DNA of 64,000 nucleotides from positions 768,001-832,000 of the forward strand of contig CAWGVS010000006.1 in assembly GCA_963826115.1 (NCBI GenBank). The letters are read 5' to 3'. Position 1 is the first letter of the stretch. Every line of letters begins with the position of its first letter. The position numbers and the translations under genes were made by a program. Of the stretch, positions 8,351-17,515 are shown in pieces. This DNA comes from an uncultured Candidatus Rokubacteria bacterium. GTDB lineage: Bacteria > Methylomirabilota > Methylomirabilia > Rokubacteriales > DASRDR01. The notes under the pieces are model-generated. The model searched no databases. It saw only the letters and a list, made by a program, of their open reading frames with translations, and was not told the DNA's origin.

Positions 8351-9841
8351 TCACGGGCGAGCTCCCGTGAACGTCGCCCGCATCGGGAGGCCGTCGCAGT
8401 CCGAGCCCGCGTAGGACATCTCCACGGTTTTCCCGTCCTCGCCGAGCGTCACGACGCCGGTGAGCTCCGCCCGGCACGGGTTCGTCATCGTCAGCCGGAT
8501 CGAGGCCGGGTTGGCGTCCGATGCGCCGTCCTTGATCGCCCCGGAGAGACCGCGCTCCTCGCTGGACCAGCTCCCGATGATCTCTGCGATGCCCCGGCGA
8601 AGAATGACCAGCGCCGGGGATTGCTCGACGCGTCCCTCCCGCTCGACGGTGAGCGTGCCCGTGTAGTGGACGTAGGTCCCGCCAAGCATCAGGAGCGCGC
8701 GCCGCTCGGGCGAGAGAGAGGCGAGCACGGTGTCATTGACGGCGTAGAGTTGGCAGTCGCTGCCGCGCCTCCGGCACGCCTCCATCGCCTGCGCCGCCGC
8801 GTACTCCACGGAGCCCTGGCTCCAGGATCGACCCCAGGCCCCGGAGCCGCGGTCGACGGCGAAGGCCTTGAAGGGCTGGTACATCCGATCGGTCCGCCAC
8901 GTGTCGAACGCCGTCTGGATGGCGGGCGGGAGGCTCGTGCCTCGAGCGGGCTCCGGTACGGCGGCCGGCGTGGCGGCCGTGGTCGTCGAGGGCACCGGGC
9001 CGACTCGCTCGAGCCAGACCGGCACCCGGCTGGATCCGCCCGCGGTCGTCGGGTACGTCAGGTGGCCCGCGAGGATCCGGCGCCCGGCGTCCTCGTGGTA
9101 CGCGAATTCCGCGCTCTCGCGCCCGGCGTACCACGCCTTGCCGTCCCGGATGGTGAGTCGCCCTCGGGACCGGTACGTGACGGGGTCGTTCTCCCCGAAC
9201 TCCGCCGCGCCGTCCTCGCGGACGACGGTCTCGATCGGGACCATGAAGGCGTTGAGCCGGGCGTACCCTTCCCAGCGGCCCGCGAGGCCGCCGAGGTCCT
9301 GAGACTGTAGCGCCTTCGCGGGCAGGGTGGGCGGCTCCGGCCGGGACGGCTGGCGCGAGGCGCGGCCGAACGTGCGGTCGAGGATCGCCCGGACCGGGAC
9401 GGCAACGACCTGGCCCTGCGAGTCCTTCCCGACGAACCGGTCCTCGGTCGTCAGGGCGCCGAGCTGTTCCACGCCCCCGAACCGCGTGCCGGCCATCGAG
9501 GGCCACCCCCAGCTGTGCGTCGTGTGATAGCGGAGCTCGCCGTTCGGCTCCAGCCGGTACTGGAAGTCGACCTGGCTCAGGCCGCCGACCTCGAGCGTCG
9601 GGGCGCGCGAGCTACGGTCGATCTGCTCGAACTGGATTGGCGTCGCGCCCGTGTTCTTGAGGACCATCGTGTAGCTCCAGCGCGTGCGCGTGCTCCCGTC
9701 GACGGAGTCGATGCGGCCGACGTCGACGACCTCCCACGCGACCGGACCGGCGGAGCCCGCGACCTTGCCGGTCGTCGCGCAGCCGGACCCGAGGACGCCC
9801 ACGACCAGCAGGCTCGTCATCATCAGCGGGGCGGCTCTCAT
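8351..9841 (-). CDS. Multidomain lipoprotein with a DUF4189-like domain
   Basis: Lipobox LGSGC; Pro/Thr/Ala linkers; FKAFAV...GAWGRSW...AAAQAMEACRRRGSDCQLYAVND resembles DUF4189. Confidence 0.7.
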   Translation of the reverse strand: MRAAPLMMTSLLVVGVLGSGCATTGKVAGSAGPVAWEVVDVGRIDSVDGSTRTRWSYTMVLKNTGATPIQFEQIDRSSRAPTLEVGGLSQVDFQYRLEPNGELRYHTTHSWGWPSMAGTRFGGVEQLGALTTEDRFVGKDSQGQVVAVPVRAILDRTFGRASRQPSRPEPPTLPAKALQSQDLGGLAGRWEGYARLNAFMVPIETVVREDGAAEFGENDPVTYRSRGRLTIRDGKAWYAGRESAEFAYHEDAGRRILAGHLTYPTTAGGSSRVPVWLERVGPVPSTTTAATPAAVPEPARGTSLPPAIQTAFDTWRTDRMYQPFKAFAVDRGSGAWGRSWSQGSVEYAAAQAMEACRRRGSDCQLYAVNDTVLASLSPERRALLMLGGTYVHYTGTLTVEREGRVEQSPALVILRRGIAEIIGSWSSEERGLSGAIKDGASDANPASIRLTMTNPCRAELTGVVTLGEDGKTVEMSYAGSDCDGLPMRATFTGARP

Positions 9842-9903
9842 GCCGTGACCTCCTCATCGTCCCGAGTGGGGGGCCCTGCGGTGACCATCGAGGGCCCGAA
9901 CAT

Positions 9904-9919
9904 CGCAAGGGCGGTGCCA
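9904..9919 (-). promoter_or_regulatory. sigma54 -24/-12 promoter for the lipoprotein gene
   Basis: Minus strand TGGCACCGCCCTTGCG (GG-N10-GC, near consensus TGGCAC-N5-TTGC), 63 nt before the ATG. Confidence 0.75.
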
Positions 9920-10054
9920 GGGGGACCACCTTCCGTTTCACGTAGTTACGGCCCAGCGCTGTAGTGGCCGCGCCCCCGGGATGGGGGAAGGCTCCCAATT
10001 TGGGGGTGCGTCGCGTTGGGGGTGCGGTCGCGGGCCGTTCGGCGGCGCCGTGGC

Positions 10055-10175
10055 TGCACTGTCTACAGTGCAGGGTGCACAGTCTGGTGTGCAGCGCCGG
10101 GAACCTCCCGATTCTGCGGGTGTTCGGCCGAGTCGGGGCGGCCGTTCCGGCGGGACCTGCCCTGTCTACCGTGCA
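10055..10175. promoter_or_regulatory. Enhancer-like element, copy 1: three 18-bp palindromic boxes
   Basis: TGCACTGTCTACAGTGCA (10055-72), TGCACAGTCTGGTGTGCA (10076-93), TGCCCTGTCTACCGTGCA (10158-75); same layout as 37636-37755. Confidence 0.8.
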
Positions 10176-10276
10176 CCGGCGTAGCACCGGCCACCTGCCA
10201 GCCGACACGGAGCTCGCGTGCGCGAAGTGTCCGGCGTGAAAGCCCGAACGCCTCGCGCGCGCCCGCGCGCGGCCGT

Positions 10277-10292
10277 TGGCGTGGATCTCGCT
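10277..10292 (+). promoter_or_regulatory. sigma54 -24/-12 promoter for the 10354-12886 operon
   Basis: TGGCGTGGATCTCGCT (GG-N10-GC), ~100 nt downstream of box 3 and ~60 nt before the RBS/ATG. Confidence 0.65.
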
Positions 10293-10353
10293 ACCCGGGA
10301 CGGCGACGCCGGCCCGGCCGGATGGACGGCCGTGGCCGGGCGGGGAGGTCTCG

Positions 10354-11178
10354 ATGGCGCTCACCGACCACTGCGACGTCTTCGGCGCGTTCCACGAGGA
10401 CGGCTTCAACCGCATCGTCGAGCACATCCGCTTCCAGCGGCCGTCGATGTTCAACTACGCGACCCAGGCCATCGCGGACAACCCGGCCCTCCTCTGCCGG
10501 CCGATCGTGGCGCACCCGCGGCTCAACCAGCACGGGAACCCGCTGATCACGATCATCGACCCCCTGCCGCTGCCCGGGAGCAACTTCGCGCTGAACTTCT
10601 GCGTGCAGCTCGTCGACGTGAAGATCGATTTCCACCCGCCGGGCGTCCTCGCGCTGCCGCCGGAGCTCGCGCCCCTGCCGGCGCAGCGGCTCGCGATCGG
10701 CCTCCGCGTCTGCGCGGGGATCGGCTGCCCGCCCGCCCAGGCGATCGCCGACAACATCCCCCCGCCGCCGAACCCGGACGCGGACCCGAACCAGCCGCCG
10801 CCGCCTCCGCCGCCCCAGGTGGTGCTGCCGCCCGACCAGCAGCTGATCTGCGTCTGCCTCGACGCCTTCGTGGTGGGCGGACTCCGGTTCAGGGAGTACT
10901 TCCAGCACTTCTTCCTGGAGCCCTTCGTCGACCGGATCGAGATCTCGGACATCCAGCCGGCGGAGCTCGAGAGCGGAATCGAGTGCGTGATCGACGCCAC
11001 GCTCCGGCTCGGCTTTCTGCCGAAGCTCCGCATCCTGCTGAAGAAGATGGCGCTCGACCTCACCGATGACGTGTCCATCAACGTCCAGCCCAAGCCGGTG
11101 ATTTCACCCCAGGTGCCGAACAACCCGGCCCTCGAGCAGAACGAGGTCCGGGCCTTCATCGATCTCGAGGTGAGCTAG
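10354..11178 (+). CDS. Hypothetical Pro/Cys-rich protein (possible TULIP/BPI-like fold)
   Basis: GGAGG RBS before ATG 10354; strong coding character; no signal peptide; fold call is inference. Confidence 0.75.
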   Translation: MALTDHCDVFGAFHEDGFNRIVEHIRFQRPSMFNYATQAIADNPALLCRPIVAHPRLNQHGNPLITIIDPLPLPGSNFALNFCVQLVDVKIDFHPPGVLALPPELAPLPAQRLAIGLRVCAGIGCPPAQAIADNIPPPPNPDADPNQPPPPPPPQVVLPPDQQLICVCLDAFVVGGLRFREYFQHFFLEPFVDRIEISDIQPAELESGIECVIDATLRLGFLPKLRILLKKMALDLTDDVSINVQPKPVISPQVPNNPALEQNEVRAFIDLEVS

Positions 11179-11180
11179 CC

Positions 11181-12119
11181 ATGCCGCATCTCCGGGTCGC
11201 CGCGTCGGAGGCCGCCTTCAAGAAGCTCTTCGACAAGGTGGTCGAGAAGTTCGTCTTCGAGAAGGCGGACCACAAGGACCTGGGGCCCTTCACCGCCGGC
11301 TACGACGTGAAGATCCACCTGGAAGGCGGGAAGGTCGACCTCCGGGCCGACGGCACGGTGCAGGTGAAGGAGCTCGACATCAAGTGGGACCGACTGAACC
11401 TCTCGCTCGGGATCAACATCCCGGAGTTCTGCATCCCGGGGTTCTGCCTGATCCCGAACCCCTTCGGCGGGTGCATCCTCGAGATCCCGCCGCTCTGCGC
11501 GTTCAGCGCCGATCCGGACATCCAGATCGTGCTCCCGCTGGGCGGGCTCATCACGTCGGAGATCTCGATCACCGGGCGGCTCCGCACCCGCTACCACGTG
11601 AACCCGGATCGCCCCGCGGCCATGGACCAGTGGGACGCCCAGGTCCCGGACCCGCCGCTCTACAACACCTGGCAGCTCTTCCTCGACCCGCAGTTCGTGG
11701 ACATCGACCTGGTCGACGTGGCCGACAGCGTGGGCGACCTCCTCGACCAGGCCATCGAGGACGCGGTGGCGGCGCTCGGGATTCCGGGGCCCATCGCCGC
11801 CGTGCTCGGGTCGGTCGTCGACATCGTCCGCGCGATCCTGGACATCCCCGACGACATCCAGGAGTGGCTCAGCGACCTGCTCGGCGTGAGCCTCGGTCTC
11901 GAGAACGTCATCGGCCAGGCGCTGATCGAGCACTTCGTGACGGACGATCCCCTGTTCGAGCTGGAGGACCCGTACCCGATCCTCGACAAGGCGCCGAATC
12001 CGAACAACAAGCAGGGTCAGCCGCCCTTGCCCGACCTGGTCCCGGTGAAGCTCCCGATCCGCGACCTGACGGTGTCGAACAACGACGTCGAGCTGATCCT
12101 CGAGGGGAACGTGGGATGA
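11181..12119 (+). CDS. Hypothetical acidic protein (possible TULIP/BPI-like fold)
   Basis: 2 nt after the previous stop; long alternating beta-strands plus a Cys-containing loop FCIPGFCLIPNPFGGCILEIPPLC. Confidence 0.78.
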   Translation: MPHLRVAASEAAFKKLFDKVVEKFVFEKADHKDLGPFTAGYDVKIHLEGGKVDLRADGTVQVKELDIKWDRLNLSLGINIPEFCIPGFCLIPNPFGGCILEIPPLCAFSADPDIQIVLPLGGLITSEISITGRLRTRYHVNPDRPAAMDQWDAQVPDPPLYNTWQLFLDPQFVDIDLVDVADSVGDLLDQAIEDAVAALGIPGPIAAVLGSVVDIVRAILDIPDDIQEWLSDLLGVSLGLENVIGQALIEHFVTDDPLFELEDPYPILDKAPNPNNKQGQPPLPDLVPVKLPIRDLTVSNNDVELILEGNVG

Positions 12120-12886
12120 CGCCCGTGACGTCCCCCAAGCGGAGCATCCGCCTGAACCGCCGGCTCCTGACCACCTCGACCTTCGACAGCGGCGCGCTCG
12201 GCGTGCTCGTCCACGTGATCCACCGGTTCGCCGCCGGGGGCACCTACCAGGCGGTGGTGTTGAAGGACGGCCAGCGCGTCGGCACGACGTGCTTTCGCGT
12301 GACGGATGGGACGGCGGGCACGCAGCTCAACGTCGACCTGGCCGCGGTGACGACGCCCGCGAGCGAGCCGTGCGCTTGCCGGGAGCACCCCGAGAGCGCG
12401 CCCGCCGTGTCACCTGAGGGGTACGTGCTCTTCCATGCGCCGGGCGGCGCGGGCGGTTACGCGGCCGTGGTGGGGGAGGCGAAGGAGGGCGGCCGGTCGG
12501 TGTTCGACAGCCGAGCCCTCAAGGACGGCGACCTCTTCGCGCTGGCGCTGATCGAGCCGACGACCTACGCGGTCACGAGCCCCGGCGGCGCCGGGCGGGC
12601 GGAGATCCAGGTCGCGCCGATCCCCCCGGGGACGAACCTCCGGACCGTGGCGCCCGTGTACGTCGACGCCACCCGCACGGCCTTCAAGCCGGCGAAGATC
12701 GCCATCCACGCAGGCCAGGGGGTCGTGTTCCGGATGAAGGGGGCGGCGCGCGTCGTCATCGAGAAGCGGGCGCCCCAGGCCGCTCCGCGCCGTGGTCGGG
12801 CGGCCGCCGCTCCGGCGGCTCGCCGCGTCCGCCGTCACGTGCGCATCCGCCGGCTCGGGTTCGGTGGCGCGGACGGCGGAGGCTAG
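12116..12886 (+). CDS. Hypothetical protein with cupredoxin-like repeated motifs
   Basis: ATGA overlap with the upstream gene; FDSGALG..HRFAAGGTY and FDSRALKDGD..EPTTY repeats; AFKPAKIAIHAGQGVVF. Confidence 0.7.
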   Translation: MTPVTSPKRSIRLNRRLLTTSTFDSGALGVLVHVIHRFAAGGTYQAVVLKDGQRVGTTCFRVTDGTAGTQLNVDLAAVTTPASEPCACREHPESAPAVSPEGYVLFHAPGGAGGYAAVVGEAKEGGRSVFDSRALKDGDLFALALIEPTTYAVTSPGGAGRAEIQVAPIPPGTNLRTVAPVYVDATRTAFKPAKIAIHAGQGVVFRMKGAARVVIEKRAPQAAPRRGRAAAAPAARRVRRHVRIRRLGFGGADGGG

Positions 12887-13214
12887 GTTGCGCGGGACCG
12901 CCCTCGGCTTCAGGGGTGTACTAGCGGTGGACACGACAGGCCCGGTCGTTGCCACGGTGCGGATTCAGTCGATCCTGATCGGCTGGCGCAACGCCTTCCA
13001 CAGCCAGGCGACCACCACCACTGGTCAGGCGCGCACCACCACTCCGCGCGGGGCCTGGCGATGACGCGGGGGCCGATTCGGCGCGGGACCGTGTCGACAT
13101 CGTCCCGGAGTATCCGGCACCTTCCTCTAGCCATTGCGCTTTCACCGGGCGCATCCGTCCGGAGACACGTTTCGAGCGCGTAGGCCTTCGGGCCTCGACC
13201 GACTCGGCGCACGG

Positions 13215-13230
13215 CGGCACCGGCGTTGCA
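13215..13230 (+). promoter_or_regulatory. sigma54 -24/-12 promoter upstream of the C1 peptidase operon
   Basis: CGGCACCGGCGTTGCA (GGCAC-N5-TTGCA) in a 540-bp intergenic region. Confidence 0.65.
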
Positions 13231-13425
13231 GCCTCGACGCCGCGCCCGCGATCGACCTCCGAGACGACCGAGCCCAGCGGCGCACCGCTGGACGGTAGGG
13301 AGCGCGATCTCATGGCGTTCCGTGTGGCGCATCGCCCGCCGTCGAGCCGCGACGCTCGCCCGTCCCGATCCGACCTGTCGAGACCACCGGACCACCCGCA
13401 GAGAGCCAGTCGAGGGGAGGCGCCC

Positions 13426-15999
13426 ATGACGAGCCGGCGACGCGCGAAGGCAACGGGGAAGAACGGGGGGCCGCCTCATCCGGCGGGGACCCGCGCGTTC
13501 CGGCGCGTCGTCGTGCCCGACCGGGTCGACCTGCGCGACCGCGTCTACATGCCGCCGGTGCGGGAGGCGCCGCCCGCGACGCTGAACTCCCTCGTCAACC
13601 GGAAGGTGGAGCTGCCCGTGATGGACCAGCTCCAGACCAGCGGGTGCACCGGCTTCGCGCTGGCCAACGTCGTGAACTTCCTCCTCCGGGTGGCGCGGCG
13701 CGGGGACGAGACCCCGGTCTCGCCCCTGATGGCCTACTCGATGGCTCGCCGCTACGACGAGTTCCCCGGCGAGAACGACGAGGGATCGAGCCTCCGCGGC
13801 GCCATGAAGGGCTGGTTCCGGCACGGCGTCTGCGCGGACAAGCTGTGGGCGACGACCAGCGTCCTGGAGATCCCGCCTGCCCAGCAGGACCCGACGAAGG
13901 ACTGGTGGCAGGACGCGGTCCGGCGCCCGCTCGGCGCCTATTACCGCGTGGACGCGCGCGCGGTCACGGACATGCAGGTGGGCCTCTGCGAGGTCGGCGT
14001 GCTCTACGCGAGCGCCATCTGCCACTCCGGGTGGGAGCAGGGCCTGAACCTCAAGCCGAAGCCGAAAGATCCCTGGGTGATCCCCTACCAGAAGGCGGGG
14101 ATGGCTGACGGCGGCCACGCGTTCGTCCTGATCGGCTACACGGCCGAGGGCTTCATCGTCCTCAACTCCTGGGGGCGGATGTGGGGCGCGGACGGCCTCG
14201 GTGTCCTCACCTACAAGGACTGGCTCGAGCACGCGATGGACTGCTGGGCCCCGCAGCTCGGCGTCGTGACCGCCGGGCACGAGACGATCTCGAAGGCGAT
14301 CTCGCTCCGCATGCCCCAGAAGCATCAGGTCCACGTCGCGACGGAGCGCGTCCTGCGGGACCGGGAGATCTCGCCGTTCGTCATCGACATGGAGAACAAC
14401 GGGCGCCTCAGCCAGACCGGCGAGTTCCGGACCAGCGCGGGCGACCTGGAGTCCCTGGTGACGATCCACCTCGACGAGTTCCGCCGCCAGTGGGAGCTGG
14501 CGAAGGACGACGTCGTGGACGTGGCGATCTACGCCCACGGGGGCCTCACCGGCGAGGAGGCGGCCGCCGACACCGCGTCCAAGTGGATCCCGGCGCTCTA
14601 CGGCGCCAAGATCTTCCCGATCTTCCTGATGTGGGAGACCGACCTCTTCTCGACCTTGAAGAACAAGCTCGAGGACGAGGTGGAGGGCCTCGCGAAGCCG
14701 ACGGCCGGTGCGCTCGACCGGCTCCAGCGATGGTGGGACCAGCGGATCGAGAAGACGCTCGCCAGGCCGGGCTCCCTGATCTGGGGCGAGATGAAGCAGA
14801 ACGCCCAGGCCATCAGCTCCAGCAAGGAGAGCGGCGCGTCCATCCTCTACAACGTGGCCCAGAAGCTCAAGGCGTTCTCGCCGGACCGTGTTCGTATCCA
14901 CCTGATCGGCCACTCGGCGGGCGGGATCGTCCACAGCTACGTCGTGGAGGCGCTGGCCGCCCTGAACTGGCGCTTCAAGACCGTGATCTTCATGGCGCCC
15001 GCGGTCACGGTGGCCGAGTTCAAGCACACCGTGGTGCCGCGGCTCCTCGACGGCCGGGTCGAGCAGTACATCCAGTTCCACCTGTCCGACGATCAGGAGG
15101 GGCGCGACCCGACCTGCCGACCGATCCTGGGCTACGGGCGCTCGCTTCTCTACCTCGTCTCCGAGTCCTTCGAGCACGGGGTCCAGACGCCGGTCCTCGG
15201 CATGAAGAAGTACTTCGACGCGGAGGTGGCCGACCTGGTGCCGGGCCGGATCAAGACCTTCGTGGCGCCCGGCTCGAGCTCCGAGAGCACGACCCACGGC
15301 GGGTTCGACGACGACGCGCGGACGCTCACCAGCGTGATCAACCTGATCAAGGCGGCGCCGGCCGGGCGGTCGCGGGGTCCCGCGGCGGCGCGGAAGGGAC
15401 GCACGGCGGGCGCGCGAGCCGCGCGTGGCGCGGCGGGGGCGACGGCGGCGGGCCGGCGGGGAGGCATCGCGCTGGCCGCGCCGGCCGTCGCGGCGCCGGT
15501 CGAGGGGCCCGCGGGGCGGTGGTTCTCCGGCCTCTCGAAGATCCGGGGGCGGATGGCCGACCTGAACCACAACACCGACCCCGATCTCAAGGTGTTCTCG
15601 AAGCAGACCCTGGGCGAGCTCGCGGTGTCCGACCTCATCCAGGGCAATCTCGCGCAGTTCTGCCAGAACGAGCAGATCGGCATGGTGCCGACCGACGCCT
15701 TCGCCGACGGCACGAAGACCTTCCGGTGGCTCGTGGACCGCATCCGGCTGCCGATCGAGACGGGCCTGCTGAAGCTCATGTACGGGGTCGCGGTGAAGAG
15801 CCAGTCGAAGCTTCTGGACGCTCTGGCCACGGCGATCCTGCCGCAGCGGCTCGACGCGGTCTTCCCCGGTGAGGCCCGGACGGACCTCGACGCGGCGCTC
15901 CGCCTGGCCGTGCCCGCCACGTTCTATCCCCCCGGCGGCAGCCTGCTCCAGAACGGGCGGCAGTCCGTCGCCGACCTGATCGCACGGATCATGGCGTGA
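13426..15999 (+). CDS. C1 (papain-like) cysteine peptidase fused to an alpha/beta hydrolase and an extra C-terminal domain
   Basis: DQLQTSGCTGFA, GGHAFVLIGY, LNSWG (papain triad); YAHGGL, LIGHSAG, THGGFDDD (hydrolase); GGAGG RBS before ATG 13426. Confidence 0.88.
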   Translation: MTSRRRAKATGKNGGPPHPAGTRAFRRVVVPDRVDLRDRVYMPPVREAPPATLNSLVNRKVELPVMDQLQTSGCTGFALANVVNFLLRVARRGDETPVSPLMAYSMARRYDEFPGENDEGSSLRGAMKGWFRHGVCADKLWATTSVLEIPPAQQDPTKDWWQDAVRRPLGAYYRVDARAVTDMQVGLCEVGVLYASAICHSGWEQGLNLKPKPKDPWVIPYQKAGMADGGHAFVLIGYTAEGFIVLNSWGRMWGADGLGVLTYKDWLEHAMDCWAPQLGVVTAGHETISKAISLRMPQKHQVHVATERVLRDREISPFVIDMENNGRLSQTGEFRTSAGDLESLVTIHLDEFRRQWELAKDDVVDVAIYAHGGLTGEEAAADTASKWIPALYGAKIFPIFLMWETDLFSTLKNKLEDEVEGLAKPTAGALDRLQRWWDQRIEKTLARPGSLIWGEMKQNAQAISSSKESGASILYNVAQKLKAFSPDRVRIHLIGHSAGGIVHSYVVEALAALNWRFKTVIFMAPAVTVAEFKHTVVPRLLDGRVEQYIQFHLSDDQEGRDPTCRPILGYGRSLLYLVSESFEHGVQTPVLGMKKYFDAEVADLVPGRIKTFVAPGSSSESTTHGGFDDDARTLTSVINLIKAAPAGRSRGPAAARKGRTAGARAARGAAGATAAGRRGGIALAAPAVAAPVEGPAGRWFSGLSKIRGRMADLNHNTDPDLKVFSKQTLGELAVSDLIQGNLAQFCQNEQIGMVPTDAFADGTKTFRWLVDRIRLPIETGLLKLMYGVAVKSQSKLLDALATAILPQRLDAVFPGEARTDLDAALRLAVPATFYPPGGSLLQNGRQSVADLIARIMA

Positions 16000-16006
16000 C
16001 GGAGGC

Positions 16007-17266
16007 ATGAACATGACGAGAGCTCGACGTCTGGCCTCGCTCCCCGTCGCGCTCGCCCTCGCGCTGATATCTTGGATGGGCGCCGGATCCGCCCGCGCGC
16101 AGACGCCGGCGATCGAGGAGATACGGGAGGAGCTCGGCGCCTCCTACGAGACCGCGAAGGCCTATCCGTCGCTGACCCCCCGCAGCTTCATCAAGGTCGC
16201 GCACGAGGCGCTCCAGCCGCCCGAGTACCGGCTCGGGAACCTCGCGCGACCCGACCAGTGGGTCATTCGGGTCGGGGACCGGGAGCTCCTGCCGGAGCGC
16301 GTGGACCTCACGACGGCCTCGGGGCTGGCCTACCTCTATCTGAGGCCCGGGAGCGTCAGGACCGGGGACACGATCGAGGTCGGCGTCCGGGCGGAGCGGC
16401 AGCGATCCGACGGCTCGTTCCGCCCGGTGATCGTGATGCACCCGACGCCCGTGCCCGTCACGGTGATCGACCCGTTCACGCTCGTGATCGATCCCGGATT
16501 CGCGCCCGATCAGGAGCTTCGCGACGGCACGAAGAAGGACGTGGCGCGTCTCACCCTGACGCTCGACGTGCCCTCGCTGGTCCCGAACGACTTCGCCCGG
16601 TTCTACCTGGCGAGCGAGAACGTCCTGTCCACGGAGACCGAGGACCTCGGCACCAAGCTCGAGGTTCGCGTCGGGGCCGAGCGGAGCCTCCTGCGAAGCT
16701 GGTACGTGCCGGCCCTGGTCCAGGCGGAATTCCTCGGCAACCAGGACCTCTCGCAGGCGTCCCTCCTGGTGACCGGCGGCGTCCGGACGATCCTCCCGTG
16801 GGCGTGGACGCGCGCGGCGCTCTTCAACGATGTGGTGAAGGCCCCGCTGTCGCCCGTCTTCGAGGTGGCGCCGCAGTACGTGCACCTCATCCGGGTGGAC
16901 TCGAACCTCACGCCGGACGCGGACCGCGACACCGCCCGGGTCCAGGGACAGGCGACCTGGGCGCCCATCTATCTCTTCCCGGGCATGTTCGGGGAGTACG
17001 CGCCGCTGCTGGAGATCCTGGCCAAGGGCTGGTGGTTCGCGGACGAGGGCGCCACGGCGACGGGCAAGCAGTGGGCGGGGCGTGTCGAGGCCTCGCTGCT
17101 CGTCCCGCTCACCGTGGTCAAGGGCTTCGGCCTCGGGCCCATCCTGAAGACCGTGGCCGGCGGCATCAACGGTCGCATTCGCCTCAAGTACACGAACGGC
17201 GCCAACGAGGCCAACGGCTACAAGAACTCCTCAGACTTCACGGTGTCCATGGAAGTGATCCAGTAG
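16007..17266 (+). CDS. Secreted hypothetical protein, possibly an outer-membrane beta-barrel
   Basis: Signal peptide ending ARA; amphipathic beta-strands in the C-terminal half; 7 nt after the peptidase stop. Confidence 0.65.
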   Translation: MNMTRARRLASLPVALALALISWMGAGSARAQTPAIEEIREELGASYETAKAYPSLTPRSFIKVAHEALQPPEYRLGNLARPDQWVIRVGDRELLPERVDLTTASGLAYLYLRPGSVRTGDTIEVGVRAERQRSDGSFRPVIVMHPTPVPVTVIDPFTLVIDPGFAPDQELRDGTKKDVARLTLTLDVPSLVPNDFARFYLASENVLSTETEDLGTKLEVRVGAERSLLRSWYVPALVQAEFLGNQDLSQASLLVTGGVRTILPWAWTRAALFNDVVKAPLSPVFEVAPQYVHLIRVDSNLTPDADRDTARVQGQATWAPIYLFPGMFGEYAPLLEILAKGWWFADEGATATGKQWAGRVEASLLVPLTVVKGFGLGPILKTVAGGINGRIRLKYTNGANEANGYKNSSDFTVSMEVIQ

Positions 17267-17515
17267 CGCGGCGATTGCCTGGCGTTCCATGCGTCCGGGT
17301 CATCTGGACCCGGGAGCAAACGAGAGCCTCGCTCCTCGTTCGGGCCCGCCGGCGGTACGCCCGGCCCGCCGGCGGGGTATGATCGAATCAGTCACCCCTC
17401 GGTCGAGCTCGCGACCCTGGTATCGGGACGACGACCGGCCGCCGGGCCTCGCAGCGGGGGTTCCGGGCGAAACCTGCACGCAAACGGGCCGGCGCGCGCC
17501 GGCAGGAGGCCTCGC

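Noticed and set aside
10054-10073. Classical NtrC sites
   Set aside because: The spacer is consistently 8 nt rather than 7, and the downstream genes are not nitrogen-assimilation genes.
10055-10175. TGCAC repeats (also 37636-37755) as a CRISPR array or MITE
   Set aside because: Only three degenerate 18-bp boxes, irregular spacing, no spacers, cas genes or terminal repeats; position fits activator sites.
10740-10820. Poly-proline CCG tract and twice-occurring QAIADN in the 10354 gene
   Set aside because: Low-complexity linker; too short to call a repeat element.
12910-16014. Very long antisense or alternate-frame ORFs (also 766-3348, 38939-42100, 43192-46866, 50190-53255 upstream part)
   Set aside because: Shadow ORFs expected at high GC; Arg/Gly/Pro-rich and overlapping genes with clear motifs.
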